Made by a program: the position numbers and the translations under genes
Notes under the pieces: generated by a model
Seen by the model: the letters and a program-made list of their open reading frames with translations, nothing else
The model's database searches: none
Told to the model about the DNA's origin: nothing
Assembly: GCA_964491475.1 (NCBI GenBank)
Contig: CAZBFO010000005.1
Location: 841 to 64,840, forward strand
Length of the DNA: 64,000 bases
Direction of reading: 5' to 3'
From: an uncultured Gammaproteobacteria bacterium
Lineage (GTDB): Bacteria > Patescibacteriota > Patescibacteriia > SG8-24
Shown: positions 39,364 through 50,381 of the stretch, piece after piece
Position numbering within the stretch: position 1 is the first letter of the stretch
How the letters are laid out: every line of letters begins with the position of its first letter

Positions 39364-40743
39364 GTGTTCAAAGGGTTAATGGGCCTCAAGAAGGTCTTAA
39401 CCCTTTTGCTGTTAATGGTGAAGAATCCGTTTTTTTGGCTCTGTAAAGCGATTCTTTATCCATTGGTTGGTTTCTTTTACTGGATCTACCGCATCATAAA
39501 GAAGCTCGTCCTCCGCCTTTCGGAGTTCATGCGAGACCGGGCCATGGGCCTGTTGGCTAACCGCTACGCGATTCACGCCATAGTCATCATCTTGGCCTTT
39601 GCCGTCACGACCACCAATCTGCATGCGCAAAGCGCCCCGTTGCAAGCCGACAATGCTGCTCCGCAGAGCATTCTCGGCACACTGACCCAGTCCGAAGAGG
39701 ACGCGATCGTTATCGAAGAGGCTGGCTCCCAGAATGTGAATTCCTCCGAAGGCGTTGCCTATTTGGGTAGCCAGGCCTTGAGTTCGCACGACTCCGCGGC
39801 CCAGGCCGACCAAAGCGGAACCGACGCCTCGTCGTCAGGGTCGGCCGACGAAGAAGCCTACGTCGACGACGCCAGCGAACTCGAACTGGTCTCGCCCACG
39901 GCCAACGCCGTCCGCGTTCAGCCCGAAATCAACGGCGGTGAAACCCCTTCGACTCGCAGCAAGATTGAAACCTACGTGGTGGAAGACGGCGACTCGCTGG
40001 GTTCCATCGCCCGCAAGTTCGGACTTCGGACCGAAACCATCCTCGCATCCAACGGCCTTAGCGCTCGCAGCGTGATTCACCCCGGCGAGACGCTCAAGAT
40101 CACTCCGGTCGACGGCATCATTTACAAGGTAAAATCGGGCGACACGGTCAACGGCATCGCCAAGGCTTTCGACAGCGACGGCGACAAGATCATCGACATG
40201 AACGGTCTCGCCTCCGGAGCGGCGCTTTCTGCCGGTCAGGAACTCATCCTGCCGGACGGCAAGCTGCCGGCACCTCCGCCGCCCAAGCGCCCGTCGCGCA
40301 TTGCCACCAACATCAAGAACATCTTCGTCGCGCCCCCTCCGTCGCCTGATCGAGACTCCGGCGACGACATGGTCTGGCCGACCGCCGTCCGCCGCATCAC
40401 CCAGTACTTCGGACACTATCGCGGCGGCACGCGCCACACCGGCGTGGACATTGCCGGACCGACTGGCACGCCCATCTACGCGGCCGAGGACGGCGTGGTC
40501 GCCATCTCCAGCTGGAACACCGGCGGCTACGGCAACATGGTACTCATCAATCACGGTCACGGCGTCTTCACCCGCTACGGCCACGCCTCCAAGCTGATCG
40601 TCCAGGCCGGTGACACGGTCAAGAAGGGCGACGTCATCGCGCTTATGGGAACCACCGGCCACTCTACCGGCCCGCACCTGCACTTCGAAGTCATGACCGG
40701 CGACCCGCACCATCGCGTGAATCCGCTCGATTACGTCAGGTAA
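39364..40743 (+). CDS. LysM-M23 peptidoglycan endopeptidase
   Basis: Two LysM repeats (YVVEDGDSL..IA, YKVKSGDTV..IA); HTGVD, YGH, GPHLHFEV. Confidence 0.93.
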   Translation: MFKGLMGLKKVLTLLLLMVKNPFFWLCKAILYPLVGFFYWIYRIIKKLVLRLSEFMRDRAMGLLANRYAIHAIVIILAFAVTTTNLHAQSAPLQADNAAPQSILGTLTQSEEDAIVIEEAGSQNVNSSEGVAYLGSQALSSHDSAAQADQSGTDASSSGSADEEAYVDDASELELVSPTANAVRVQPEINGGETPSTRSKIETYVVEDGDSLGSIARKFGLRTETILASNGLSARSVIHPGETLKITPVDGIIYKVKSGDTVNGIAKAFDSDGDKIIDMNGLASGAALSAGQELILPDGKLPAPPPPKRPSRIATNIKNIFVAPPPSPDRDSGDDMVWPTAVRRITQYFGHYRGGTRHTGVDIAGPTGTPIYAAEDGVVAISSWNTGGYGNMVLINHGHGVFTRYGHASKLIVQAGDTVKKGDVIALMGTTGHSTGPHLHFEVMTGDPHHRVNPLDYVR

Positions 40744-40807
40744 ACCAAGAAAGATGGGGTCTCGCGGCCTCATTTTTCGTATAAAAAACCGCCCACGAGG
40801 GACGGAA

Positions 40808-41233
40808 TCACTGCTGGAAGTCGCTCGGCAAAAGGAACTTTCCTTTGGCGAGGGACCAGCGCAGAATCATCGCGGCAGCGGCCGCCGCGAAGGCAAGCTT
40901 GAAAGGCGTCGGGATGAGGAAGTAGGTTCCGAGCTGCAGCAGAATCAGCAGGCTGACCGAACGAAGCGAAAGGGCGGCGAGCTCCTCGTGCCCCTCCGTG
41001 TCGCGCATCATGTACGCGCAACAGACCGTCGTCAGATTGGCAGAAACGCTGCCGAACAGAAGTATCAGCCCGATGACGCGCAGCACTTCTTGAGCCGAGT
41101 GCAGCGACATCGGCAGGCGCACCTCCGCTGCCCAGCTGACCGTGCTGATCAGCAGGAGTTGTCCGAACAGGTTGATGGACAGCGTCTTCACGAAGCTGTC
41201 GTGCATCCCCTCGGGATCGGTGTTGGGATTCAT
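40808..41233 (-). CDS. Hypothetical membrane protein (about 4 TM)
   Basis: Hydrophobic ORF from ATG 41233; the upstream extension overlaps comM and is probably spurious. Confidence 0.55.
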   Translation of the reverse strand: MNPNTDPEGMHDSFVKTLSINLFGQLLLISTVSWAAEVRLPMSLHSAQEVLRVIGLILLFGSVSANLTTVCCAYMMRDTEGHEELAALSLRSVSLLILLQLGTYFLIPTPFKLAFAAAAAAMILRWSLAKGKFLLPSDFQQ

Positions 41234-41301
41234 CGGTGCCTCCAGGCACGTGAAAGGACTTTGTCGCATCCTTGCACGGAGGCTCGTTCTCGGCAAGGAG
41301 G

Positions 41302-42819
41302 CTAGCCGCCGCGTCGTTCCCGGTAATGAACGGCCTCGGCGACGTGCGGTGCGAGGATGCGGTCCTGCCCGTCGAGATCGGCGATGGTACGGGCTAGCTT
41401 GATGATACGGACGGCTGCCCTCGCTGACAGCTTGAGCCGCTGGGCCGCAGCGACCAGCAGCGCGTCCGCATCGGACGGAAGAGGGCACAACTTTTTGATG
41501 ATGGCATGGGTCATCTCTGCATTGGTGAAGATGCCGTGCGCCTTCAGTCGGGCGTGTTGCCGGTTGCGGGCAGACTGCACGCGCATGCGTATTGCCGCGC
41601 TCGGCTCCTCGCTCGTGCCGGCAAGCAGCCGCCCAACGTCCACTTTGGGTACCTCGACGTGCAGGTCGATACGGTCCAAGAGCGGACCGGATATCCTGCG
41701 GCCGTATTTGGCGACCTGCGCCGGGTTGCAGCTGCACAGCTGGTCAGGATCGGTGGCAAAACCGCAAGGGCAGGGATTTTGTGCCGCCACCAGCATGAAC
41801 TTTGCCGGCAACCGTACTGTTCCGCTGGCGCGCGAAATGGTCACAAACCCGTCTTCCAGCGGCTGCCGCAGGTTTTCCAGCGCCGAGCGGGGGAATTCCG
41901 GGAATTCGTCCAGAAAAAGCACGCCGCGGTGGGCCAGCGTGACCTCTCCGGGCTTTGGGTGCGGCCCGCCGCCGATGAGAGCGACGCCGGAAGCGGTGTG
42001 ATGCGGTGAGCGGAAGGGTCGGGAGGTGATGACGGTTCCGGCCCTGACCAGCCCGACCACGCTGGCGATTTTCGTCACCTCAAGAATCTCTTCCCTGGTC
42101 ATCGCCGGCAATATCGACGGAAGGGCGCGGGTCAGTATGGTCTTGCCGGAGCCTGGCGGGCCGGACAGCAGCACGTTGTGCCCTCCCGCCGCCGCGATTT
42201 CCAGGGCGCGCTTGGCATGCCGCTGCCCGACCACTGACGCAAAATCGGTTCCGGTCAGCGCGGGAGCGCATTCCGGCAGATGGCGGGGTTCCTTCGGAGT
42301 GATCGCTTCCGTGCGCGTGAGGTGGGCGATGAGCTGCGATAACGAACGTATCGCGAACACTCGGATACCCGGAGCGAGGGCGGCCTCGTCGGCGTTTTCC
42401 TGCGGCACATACAGCTCTTCTGTGCCGCATTGCGAGGCCAGCAGGGCGATGGCCAGCACGCCGGCAACGGGTCGCACGCCGCCGTCCAGTGCCAGCTCTC
42501 CCACGAACATCCGATGAGGATTTTTTCCGCACGGCACGGCAGAGCTTGCTTCTAGAATCGCCACGGCAATCGGCAGATCGTACGACGGCCCCTCTTTTCT
42601 GATGTCGGCCGGCGCCAAGTTCACCGTGATGCGCGTGCGCGGAAAGGGGAGTCCGCTATTTTTGAGCGCGGTCTTGATGCGCTCTTTCGACTCCTGCACT
42701 GACGCATCGGGCAGTCCGACGATGACGAAGTTCGGGAGGCCTTGGGCGATGTCGGCTTCCACTTCGACGGGAGCGGCATCGATGCCGACGAGTGCGGCTG
42801 ATTGAACGGTTGCTGGCAT
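41302..42819 (-). CDS. comM: YifB/ComM Mg-chelatase-like AAA ATPase (competence helicase family)
   Basis: VGLPD.SV.ES.ER, VNLAPAD..K.G..YDLPIA, GPPGSGKT, RPFRSPHH, LFLDE, NPCPCG. Confidence 0.93.
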   Translation of the reverse strand: MPATVQSAALVGIDAAPVEVEADIAQGLPNFVIVGLPDASVQESKERIKTALKNSGLPFPRTRITVNLAPADIRKEGPSYDLPIAVAILEASSAVPCGKNPHRMFVGELALDGGVRPVAGVLAIALLASQCGTEELYVPQENADEAALAPGIRVFAIRSLSQLIAHLTRTEAITPKEPRHLPECAPALTGTDFASVVGQRHAKRALEIAAAGGHNVLLSGPPGSGKTILTRALPSILPAMTREEILEVTKIASVVGLVRAGTVITSRPFRSPHHTASGVALIGGGPHPKPGEVTLAHRGVLFLDEFPEFPRSALENLRQPLEDGFVTISRASGTVRLPAKFMLVAAQNPCPCGFATDPDQLCSCNPAQVAKYGRRISGPLLDRIDLHVEVPKVDVGRLLAGTSEEPSAAIRMRVQSARNRQHARLKAHGIFTNAEMTHAIIKKLCPLPSDADALLVAAAQRLKLSARAAVRIIKLARTIADLDGQDRILAPHVAEAVHYRERRGG

Positions 42820-42909
42820 ATCAGGATTATCAGGAGTGAACTCGGCGCGTCTTGTAGCAAGGCGCAAAAAAGAGCGCAAGTCATGCCGAAATGTTTTGAC
42901 CCGTCGCGC

Positions 42910-42938
42910 TTGCCTATTGTACGAACGTACAGTAAGCT
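42910..42938 (+). promoter_or_regulatory. lexA promoter with a palindromic operator in the spacer
   Basis: TTGCCT-17 nt-TAAGCT; the spacer contains TGTACG-AA-CGTACA (42918-42931). Confidence 0.65.
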
Positions 42939-42946
42939 GTGGACGT

Positions 42947-43528
42947 ATGCCCACCTCTACCAAAACGGCCGACCATCTCGCCAAGCTCAAGCGGTTTTAT
43001 GCCGACAATAGGCGCCTTCCCAGCTACGGCGAGCTGGCCGCGCTGCTTAAGTTCAAGTCCAAGAACGCGGCGCAATACGTCGTGGCCAAATGGATCGAGG
43101 TCGGCGTCGTGGCCAAAGACGCGGCGGGCAAGCTGGTTCCTGGTCGGGCATTTCGTCCGCTGCGGATGCTCGGCACCGTCGCGGCCGGCTGGCCTTCGCC
43201 GGCAGAAGAAGAGAACGTCGATACCATCTCCCTCGACGACTGGCTCATCGGCAACCGCGAAGCCAGCTTCATGCTCACGGTCACCGGAGACTCGATGATC
43301 GATGCCGGCATCCACGCCGGCGACATGGTCATTTTGGAACGCGGCCGCACGCCCAAGAACGGCGACGTCGTGGTGGCAGAGGTCGATCGCGAATGGACCA
43401 TCAAGTATTTTGAGCGCCGCAGCGGCAAGATTGCGCTGCTGCCGGCAAACAAGGCCTTCAAGCCGATCGAGGCCGAAGAAGAATTGAAAATCGCGGGCGT
43501 CGTAACCGCCGTGATTCGCAAATATTAA
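42947..43528 (+). CDS. lexA: LexA/UmuD-family S24 autopeptidase repressor
   Basis: PSYGELA..L..KS winged HTH; VAAGWP cleavage site; GDSM serine; TIK lysine. Confidence 0.85.
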   Translation: MPTSTKTADHLAKLKRFYADNRRLPSYGELAALLKFKSKNAAQYVVAKWIEVGVVAKDAAGKLVPGRAFRPLRMLGTVAAGWPSPAEEENVDTISLDDWLIGNREASFMLTVTGDSMIDAGIHAGDMVILERGRTPKNGDVVVAEVDREWTIKYFERRSGKIALLPANKAFKPIEAEEELKIAGVVTAVIRKY

Positions 43529-43550
43529 AAAACCGCCAAAGCCTTGGCGG

Positions 43551-43817
43551 TCAGATTTCGATGACGTCGATGTTTGCCCCGGCGGGTGACCGTTCGCGCA
43601 GATAGGTCACCAAGACGGCGTTTGATGCGAAATGGGTCCGGTCAAAAATGAGCCAGAGGTACACGTCGTTGCCGCCGTCGGTTTTACGCATTCCGAGCGG
43701 GATCACGCCGGAGTCACGCGCTTCGCGGACGATGGCGATCAATCGATTCCGGGCGCGCGGTTCGGCGGCCTGCACCTGTTTGTACATCCGCGTCACCAAC
43801 GAAATGAGTTTTACCAT
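43551..43817 (-). CDS. Hypothetical protein, 88 aa
   Basis: ATG-started ORF filling the lexA-polymerase gap, with a terminator-like hairpin at 43528-43550. Confidence 0.55.
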   Translation of the reverse strand: MVKLISLVTRMYKQVQAAEPRARNRLIAIVREARDSGVIPLGMRKTDGGNDVYLWLIFDRTHFASNAVLVTYLRERSPAGANIDVIEI

Positions 43818-43900
43818 TTTTCCTCCCGCGTCGGGCAGAACGCCGTTTGGCGCGAGGACTTAACCATATCGGCCTGATTTAGCCAAGGTTCCCTCCCGTT

Positions 43901-45217
43901 ATGCCGCACGGCACCCGTCTCATTCGTCCTTGGCCGCGAGCCATCATGCACGTCGACGGCGACGCGTTCTTTGCGTCCTGCGAACAGGCGGTCCACCCGG
44001 AATACCGCGGAAAGCCCGTGATTACCGGCAAGGAAAGAGGCATCGTCTCGGCGGCCAGCTATGAGGCCAAAGCTCTCGGCATTTCCAGGGCCATGTCCTT
44101 GGCCGAGGTGAAAAAAGTCTGTCCGGACGCCATTATCGTGCCTTCCGATTACGAAACCTACAGCCTGTTCTCCAAGCGGATGTTCGAAGTGATTCGCCGC
44201 TATACCAATTTGGTCGAGGAATATTCCATCGACGAGGCCTTTGCCGATATCACCGGCATGCGTCGTCCGCTCAACGGCTCCTACCAGGACATCGCCCTCC
44301 GCGTCAAGAACGAGGTTCAGCGCGAGCTCGGCATCACCGTTTCGGTCGGCTTGAGCGTGACCAAGTCGCTCGCAAAGATCGGCTCGAAGCACAAGAAGCC
44401 GGACGGCTTCACGGTCATTTCAGGACACGACATCGACCAGTATCTGCGCGGCCTGCCCGTCGGAAAAATCTGGGGCATCGGCGCGCGCACCGCCGCGTAC
44501 TGTTCCCAATACCGCATCGAGACCGCCTTGGACTTCGTGCGTCAAACCGAGGGGCAGGTGATGGAACGCTTCACCAAGCCGCATCAGGAAATGTGGCACG
44601 AGCTCAACGGCAGGTCGTTGTGGCCTGTCAGCCACGAGGAGGCGCCGCCGGCATACAGCATCGGCAAAACCCGCACCTTCACGCCGCCGTCCCGCAACAA
44701 GGACTTCGTTTTCGCGCAGCTGCTCAAGAACGTGGAGAACGCCTGCATCAAGGCGCGCCGCCACAAGCTCTTGGCCAAGAGCATGGTCATCTACCTCAAG
44801 ACTCAGGAGTTCCGTTACTCCGCCACCGAGGCCACCTTCACGCGCGCGACAGCCTATCCTACCGACGTCATCGGCGTCGTTCGAAAGTGCTTCGACGAGC
44901 TCTACGTTCCCAGGACCGAATATCGCGCCACCGGCATCACCCTTTTGGAGCTCACCTCTGCCGGCAGCATGCAGATGGACCTGTTCGAGCCGCCCCTGAA
45001 AGTCGAGAAACTCCAACGTTTATATGGCGCCGTCGATGAGTTGGCCAAGCGCTGGGGCAAACACGCCGTGCACCTCGCTGGCAGCGCCGCGGCGCACGAT
45101 GCGCGCCAGCATGCAGCCGAGCGCGGCGATTTGCCGATACGAAAACTCACCCGCGTGAAAGGTGAGTCCGAGCGCAAACACCTTACGATTCCGTTTTTGC
45201 TGCAACCGAAGGGGTGA
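43901..45217 (+). CDS. dinB: Y-family DNA polymerase (Pol IV/UmuC-like)
   Basis: HVDGDAFFASCE, SAASYEAK, YSIDEAF, KPDG, IWGIG; QMDLF clamp-binding motif. Confidence 0.92.
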   Translation: MPHGTRLIRPWPRAIMHVDGDAFFASCEQAVHPEYRGKPVITGKERGIVSAASYEAKALGISRAMSLAEVKKVCPDAIIVPSDYETYSLFSKRMFEVIRRYTNLVEEYSIDEAFADITGMRRPLNGSYQDIALRVKNEVQRELGITVSVGLSVTKSLAKIGSKHKKPDGFTVISGHDIDQYLRGLPVGKIWGIGARTAAYCSQYRIETALDFVRQTEGQVMERFTKPHQEMWHELNGRSLWPVSHEEAPPAYSIGKTRTFTPPSRNKDFVFAQLLKNVENACIKARRHKLLAKSMVIYLKTQEFRYSATEATFTRATAYPTDVIGVVRKCFDELYVPRTEYRATGITLLELTSAGSMQMDLFEPPLKVEKLQRLYGAVDELAKRWGKHAVHLAGSAAAHDARQHAAERGDLPIRKLTRVKGESERKHLTIPFLLQPKG

Positions 45218-45662
45218 TCGCGCTCCCTGTTTTTCCGAACGAGAGTAACAGCAGCCCCAGGACGATCATGCCGTCGGCGATGTTGACGGCAGAGCGGTTG
45301 AAGAAAATCAGGTAGTCGGCGGTGGCGCCGATGGTCGCGCGGTCGATGAGGTTGGAAAGCGCGCCGAGCAGTACCATCCAGTACAAGCCCGCACGCATCA
45401 CGTCCTTGCGAAAGGACTTGGCGAACAAGACGGCCAAGATGACGAAGATCACCGCGGCCGCAGGCCAAAAAATTTCCGCCGCCAGAGGGATGCTGAAAGC
45501 GATGCCCTTGTTCTTGAACTCCCAAAAGGAAACCGCCGCATCCCTGAAGTACATGTGCCCCCGCTGGGACCAGAACTTGCAAAAGCGGTCAGCGGCAAAA
45601 AGCAGCGTACCCGCGATGAACCAGACGTTATTGAGCAGGGGGTATTTTTTGAGCAACGTCAT
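45183..45662 (-). CDS. lspA: Lipoprotein signal peptidase II
   Basis: D..CK, N.GIAFS, GALSNLIDR, DYL, NIAD. Start at ATG 45662. Confidence 0.85.
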   Translation of the reverse strand: MTLLKKYPLLNNVWFIAGTLLFAADRFCKFWSQRGHMYFRDAAVSFWEFKNKGIAFSIPLAAEIFWPAAAVIFVILAVLFAKSFRKDVMRAGLYWMVLLGALSNLIDRATIGATADYLIFFNRSAVNIADGMIVLGLLLLSFGKTGSAITPSVAAKTES

Positions 45663-45723
45663 GGGTGTCTCTATCAAAATGCCGACCGTGTGTCCGGTCG
45701 GCACTTCGGTCGGTAAAAGTCCT

Positions 45724-46095
45724 TTAGAACTCCTGGGTGAAAGATTTCTTGCACTCGATACAGGAGCTGGACGCGGGACGGGCGCGGAGGCGCTTCTCGT
45801 CGATTTCCTTGTTGCAGTACTTGCAGATGCCGTAGGTGCCCTTTTTGATGCGCTCAAGCGCCTTCTCGACGTCGCGCAGGGAAGCTTCGATGGTGCGCTC
45901 CAAGGTCAGGTTGGTGCTGAACATGTTCACTTCCTCGGCATTCTCGTCTTCCTTGTCGCCCATGTTGGGGAACTCCACGTCATAACCTTCGCTGTTCTTG
46001 GGGTTCTGTTTGGCAAACTCGGCCAGCTCGCCGCGGAGCTTGGTCTCTTCCTTGGTAAGCAGCGTCTCAACTTCGGCGAGAAAATCTTTCTTCAT
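45724..46095 (-). CDS. TraR/DksA C4 zinc-finger protein
   Basis: AL.RI..GTYGICKYC...I...RL.ARP....CIEC. Confidence 0.9.
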   Translation of the reverse strand: MKKDFLAEVETLLTKEETKLRGELAEFAKQNPKNSEGYDVEFPNMGDKEDENAEEVNMFSTNLTLERTIEASLRDVEKALERIKKGTYGICKYCNKEIDEKRLRARPASSSCIECKKSFTQEF

Positions 46096-46228
46096 AAAAA
46101 TGTGACCACAGAGGGTCATTGTTTACGGCCTCTGGAGTAGCCCTTGATCATTAGACGGGCGCATGGAGACTCCGGAGGAATGTGCCCACAGTATACGATA
46201 CCCACGCTAAAAGGCAAATATTAAGCGA

Positions 46229-46627
46229 AAAACCGCCATTTGGCGGCTTTTTTGGGAAAAAGAAAATCGGCTCCAGAAGTTTTTGGCCGATGAAAGAATT
46301 CATGCCTCACTGGAGCCGATAAAGGCCCCTGATATCTACCCGTTAACGGGTGTAATGCCGACATTCCTCAAGCAAGGAGTGTCCGTTATACACCCGAACG
46401 CGTAAGCGTATGCAGGGGTGAAAGAACAAAGCCTTCTCTACCATTCCCCGGTAGAGCCCCCTACCCCGAAGGGCAAAATGGAGGATACCGAATGCCTTTT
46501 TGAATTTTTGTTTTTGGTATTCAAGGTGGGCACAAGGATTAGTAAAGAAGAAGGAATCGGTCCCGACGGGGTGTGCGTCAGAAGCGCTTCCTTTACCGCG
46601 TGATTGTCAAAGGTCCTTACCCTCGAT
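46229..46627 (-). ncRNA. Candidate stand-alone structured ncRNA (~370-400 nt)
   Basis: Promoter TTGACC-17-TATACT (46662-46634); stems including GCCC-TTCG-GGGT; closing hairpin ATCGGCTCCAG...CTGGAGCCGAT plus U-run and a second terminator; no credible ORF inside. Confidence 0.55.
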
Positions 46628-46775
46628 GAACATAGTATACCAGTTTTAAGGAGGAGGGTCAATCCGCCCATATAGACAAAATACAGCTAAATAAAGCGGT
46701 ATTTTGTGGCTGTGGATATGCGTGAGTAAACATTTTGTTCGGACACGCTCGCCTTAACTTCGCCTTATCCACATA

Positions 46776-48164
46776 TCATTTCTTATATCCACAGAAGAAC
46801 AGCTCGTTACCCACAGAACGGCCGAATGAGACCGTATTTACCCCCATTCTCTCCACAAGATAGCTGAACGGCGGGATTTTTTCCCTAAAGATGTCCAAAT
46901 TATTGAGGGTGAGCTTATTTTCTAAGCGGCCACACGGATCTTTCGCTTGGTTTTGCGCCAATCTTGGACTGTTGCGGTAGTCGGCCAGAATGGAAGGCGC
47001 AGAACCGATGAGGCTGCCGCCGTTGCCGTCGGTCCCCACAATCACCTTACCAGACTCGTTCCCCAGCGTCAGATCGCCGCCCGCCGTTGTACCGGAGCCA
47101 AATGCGTTTTTGACCAACAGTTCCGAAGTGAAATCTCCGTCCGGAAGAGTGAGGTTCTGCGAGCTGGGATTTCGGATTGCAAAATTCTGGGCGACGGCGG
47201 CCTTGGCGACGGCGGTGCTCACGCGCGGGAAATGAAGCAAGAAGGTTGGCGGCTGCTGCGCGTCGGTCGATTGGCGCAGCCAAAGCACGAACGGCGAGTT
47301 GAGCGCGGCGCGCAACGCCTCATCGCTCTTTGCGAGGGCGTCTCTCGTGACGCCGACCTCGCCGCCGTCACCGAATGCGAACAGTTTTGAAATGCCGAAG
47401 TCGGGCGCAGCTTCGGTGAGAGCCGCGTCGGCGCCGATGCGTTCAGGGTCCAAGTCGCCGGTGCCGCCGCGAACAATGCCGTCGGACATGATGACGGACA
47501 GCGGCGTGACGCGGGCGATGAAGGAACCTTCTCGGAGGGAGATGCCGACGATCGTTGTTTCCGGAGAGATGTCGCCCAGGAGGTCCGCGAACAACGGCGA
47601 ATCGATGGCACCGATTGCCGCCCGCGGATTCGTCATGATCTGCACGCTGAAGAGGGCGCGGGCGGCATTCAGCGCGCCACGACGCACCGCGTCGTCGGAG
47701 AGCGAAACGTGCGCGGCGGCGGCCACCTTCGCGGCGGTGGCAAGGGCGCTGTCGCCAAAGAAGTAATGACGTCCGTCGAGCTGCGTCGCGCCGCGCTCTT
47801 TGAGTACGGCCAACTCTTCGGCATTGGGCTTCTTCAGCGCGCTCCAGGCCAGCACGATGCCTCGCTGCGGCGCGTCGTCTCCGGGCGCGATGAAGAGCGC
47901 GAACTCGTAGGGGTGAATGCCTGCGGGCATTTCCGTCGATGACGACAGCAGCGCCTCGGTAGAGGCGTAACCGTCGGAGTGCACGTAGGTGGTGGCGCTC
48001 ATCGGCACGAAGGCCATGGTCGTGTCCTTGCTGCCCATGAGCGCATCGGTCAGCACGAATGCCACGGCGGAAAAAACGAAAACGCCCACGACGAAGAGAA
48101 GGGTGGCGAACAAGTCGCCGCCCCTCCTCCCCTCGCCTGCATTGCGTTTCATGGCGTCGTGCAT
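46776..48164 (-). CDS. Hypothetical membrane-anchored protein, 462 aa
   Basis: Long ORF with an N-terminal TM, starting 9 bp after the pnp stop. Confidence 0.75.
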   Translation of the reverse strand: MHDAMKRNAGEGRRGGDLFATLLFVVGVFVFSAVAFVLTDALMGSKDTTMAFVPMSATTYVHSDGYASTEALLSSSTEMPAGIHPYEFALFIAPGDDAPQRGIVLAWSALKKPNAEELAVLKERGATQLDGRHYFFGDSALATAAKVAAAAHVSLSDDAVRRGALNAARALFSVQIMTNPRAAIGAIDSPLFADLLGDISPETTIVGISLREGSFIARVTPLSVIMSDGIVRGGTGDLDPERIGADAALTEAAPDFGISKLFAFGDGGEVGVTRDALAKSDEALRAALNSPFVLWLRQSTDAQQPPTFLLHFPRVSTAVAKAAVAQNFAIRNPSSQNLTLPDGDFTSELLVKNAFGSGTTAGGDLTLGNESGKVIVGTDGNGGSLIGSAPSILADYRNSPRLAQNQAKDPCGRLENKLTLNNLDIFREKIPPFSYLVERMGVNTVSFGRSVGNELFFCGYKK

Positions 48165-48173
48165 CGTGCTTCG

Positions 48174-50381
48174 TTACTTCTTGAATCCGCCGTTATTCGG
48201 CGCTCCGGAGGAAGGCGGCGGTACCTGCGGCAAGCCGAGATCCTGCATGGCCCGCTTGTGCGAGAGGTTGACGCGGCCGAGCTCGTCGATTTCGGTGACC
48301 TTCACCGGAATCACGTCGCCGATCTTGACGATGTCGGTGACCTTGCCCACGCGCCACGGAGCGAGCTCCGAGATGTGGACCAGGCCGTCCTTGCCCGGGA
48401 CGAGTTCGACGAACGCGCCGAAGTCCATGATGCGGACGACCTTGCCTTCCTTGAACAGTTCGCCGGCAGTGACCTCGCGGGTGAGGTCTTTGACCCAGTT
48501 GAGGGCCTTCTCGAGCATCGCCTTGTTGGCGGAGCAGATGGTGATGGTGCCGTCGTTCTCCACGTCCATGGTGACGCCGGTCTTCTCGATGATCTCGTTG
48601 ATGACTTTGCCGCCGGGGCCGATGACGTTGCGGATGAGTTCGGGGTTGATCTTGAGGGTCTCGATGCGCGGGGCGTAGGGCGACAGCTCGGGGCGCGGCG
48701 CAGCGATGCACTTTTCCATCACGTCGAGAATCTGCAGGCGCGCGGCGCGGGCCTGATTCAGCGTCTCCTCGACGATCTTGGGGGTCAGTCCCTTGGTCTT
48801 GGTGTCGAGCTGGATGGTGGTGATGCCGTTGCGGGTGCCGCCGACCTTGAAGTCCATGCCGCCGTCGCCGTCCTCCAAGTCCTGGAGGTCGGTGAGAATC
48901 TTGTAGGCGCCGGTGGACTCATCGGAAGCGAGACCCATGGCGATGCCGGCGACCGGGTGCTTGATCGGCACGCCCGCGTCCATGAGAGCGAGCGTCGAGC
49001 CGCAGATGGAACCTTGCGAGCTGGAGCCGTTGGAAGAGAGCACCTCGGAAACGACGCGGATGGTGTAGGGGAACTCCTCCTTGGAGGGAAGCACGGGCAT
49101 GAGCGCGCGCTCGGCCAAACCGCCGTGACCGATTTCGCGGCGACCTGCGCCGCCGATGCGGCCGGTCTCACCGACGGAGTACGGAGGGAAGTTGTAGTGA
49201 TGCATGTAGCGCTTCTTGCCGACTTCTTCCATGCCGTCGAGAATCTGCGCGTCGCCAGGGGCGCCGAGCGTGGCGATGGAAAGAACTTGCGTGTCGCCGC
49301 GGGAGAACAGGCCGGTGCCGTGCACGCGGGGGAGCAAGGCGACGTCCGCAGTAAGCGTACGGATTTCGGTGAGCGAGCGGCCGCCGACACGTTGGCCCTT
49401 CTCGAGAATGGCGCGGGTAATGGCAGCTTCGACGATGTCGTCGAATTGGTGCGAGGCGTGCTTACGCAGGTCTTCCTCGACGCCGGCGCTCTCAAGGTGC
49501 GCCTCGAGCTCGCGGCGCAGGGCGGAGAGCGAGTTGCGGCGCTCGGTCTTGTTGACGTTGGCGCCGGCGAACAGCACTTCGGGGAAGCGCGTGTCCAAGA
49601 ACGCCTTGGCCTTGGCCGTGACTTCCTCCTTAGCTTTCAGGATTGCCTCGTCACCTTCGGCCTTGACCATCAGATCGCGAGCAGGGATCTTCTTGCGGCC
49701 GATTGCGGCCACCACCTGGTTGATGAGGTCGATGACTTCCTTGCAGTGCTTCTGGCCGAACATGATGGCCTCGTACATGTCTTTCTCGGTAGCTTCGTTG
49801 GAGTTGGCCTCGATCATGATGGCCTTCTCGGTCGTGCCGGCCACGACCACGTCGATGTCGCCCTTGGCGCGAGCCTCAAACGAAGGGTTGATGACCCACT
49901 CGCCTCCGACGCGACCGACGCGAATGCCGCCGATGGGCCCTTCCCAAGGGATGTCGCTGATTGCCAGCGCCGCCGATGCGCCGACGAGCGCAGGAATGTC
50001 GGTGTCGTTCTCGAGGTCGGCAGCCAGGCACTCCACAACGACCTGCACGTCATGGCGCACGCCGTAGGGGAACATGGGGCGGATGCTGCGGTCGATCATG
50101 CGGCCGGTCATCACGGCCTCGTCGGTGGGGCGGCCTTCGCGCTTGATGAAGCGCGAGCTCTTGATTTTGCCGGCCGCGTACAGCTTTTCTTCGTACTCCA
50201 CGGAAAGCGGGAAGAAGTCGACGTTGTCGCGCGCCTTGGAAGCGAGCGTGGCGGTCGCCAAAATCACGGTGTCGCCGTAGCGGACCGTACATGAGGCGTT
50301 GGCCTGCAAGGCCATGCGTCCCGTTTCGATGGTGAGGGTCTTGCCGCCCCACTCGGCCGAGAAGCTTTTCACTTCTGCCAT
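48174..50381 (-). CDS. pnp: Polyribonucleotide nucleotidyltransferase
   Basis: DFFPL.V.YEEK, RREIGHG.LAERAL, SNGSSS, DFKV.GT, KH (IGPGGK) and S1 domains. Confidence 0.98.
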   Translation of the reverse strand: MAEVKSFSAEWGGKTLTIETGRMALQANASCTVRYGDTVILATATLASKARDNVDFFPLSVEYEEKLYAAGKIKSSRFIKREGRPTDEAVMTGRMIDRSIRPMFPYGVRHDVQVVVECLAADLENDTDIPALVGASAALAISDIPWEGPIGGIRVGRVGGEWVINPSFEARAKGDIDVVVAGTTEKAIMIEANSNEATEKDMYEAIMFGQKHCKEVIDLINQVVAAIGRKKIPARDLMVKAEGDEAILKAKEEVTAKAKAFLDTRFPEVLFAGANVNKTERRNSLSALRRELEAHLESAGVEEDLRKHASHQFDDIVEAAITRAILEKGQRVGGRSLTEIRTLTADVALLPRVHGTGLFSRGDTQVLSIATLGAPGDAQILDGMEEVGKKRYMHHYNFPPYSVGETGRIGGAGRREIGHGGLAERALMPVLPSKEEFPYTIRVVSEVLSSNGSSSQGSICGSTLALMDAGVPIKHPVAGIAMGLASDESTGAYKILTDLQDLEDGDGGMDFKVGGTRNGITTIQLDTKTKGLTPKIVEETLNQARAARLQILDVMEKCIAAPRPELSPYAPRIETLKINPELIRNVIGPGGKVINEIIEKTGVTMDVENDGTITICSANKAMLEKALNWVKDLTREVTAGELFKEGKVVRIMDFGAFVELVPGKDGLVHISELAPWRVGKVTDIVKIGDVIPVKVTEIDELGRVNLSHKRAMQDLGLPQVPPPSSGAPNNGGFKK

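Noticed and set aside
47979-50294. 771 aa plus-strand ORF
   Set aside because: Antisense shadow of pnp; the same applies to ORFs opposite tig, hppA, polA and the 1892 aa gene.
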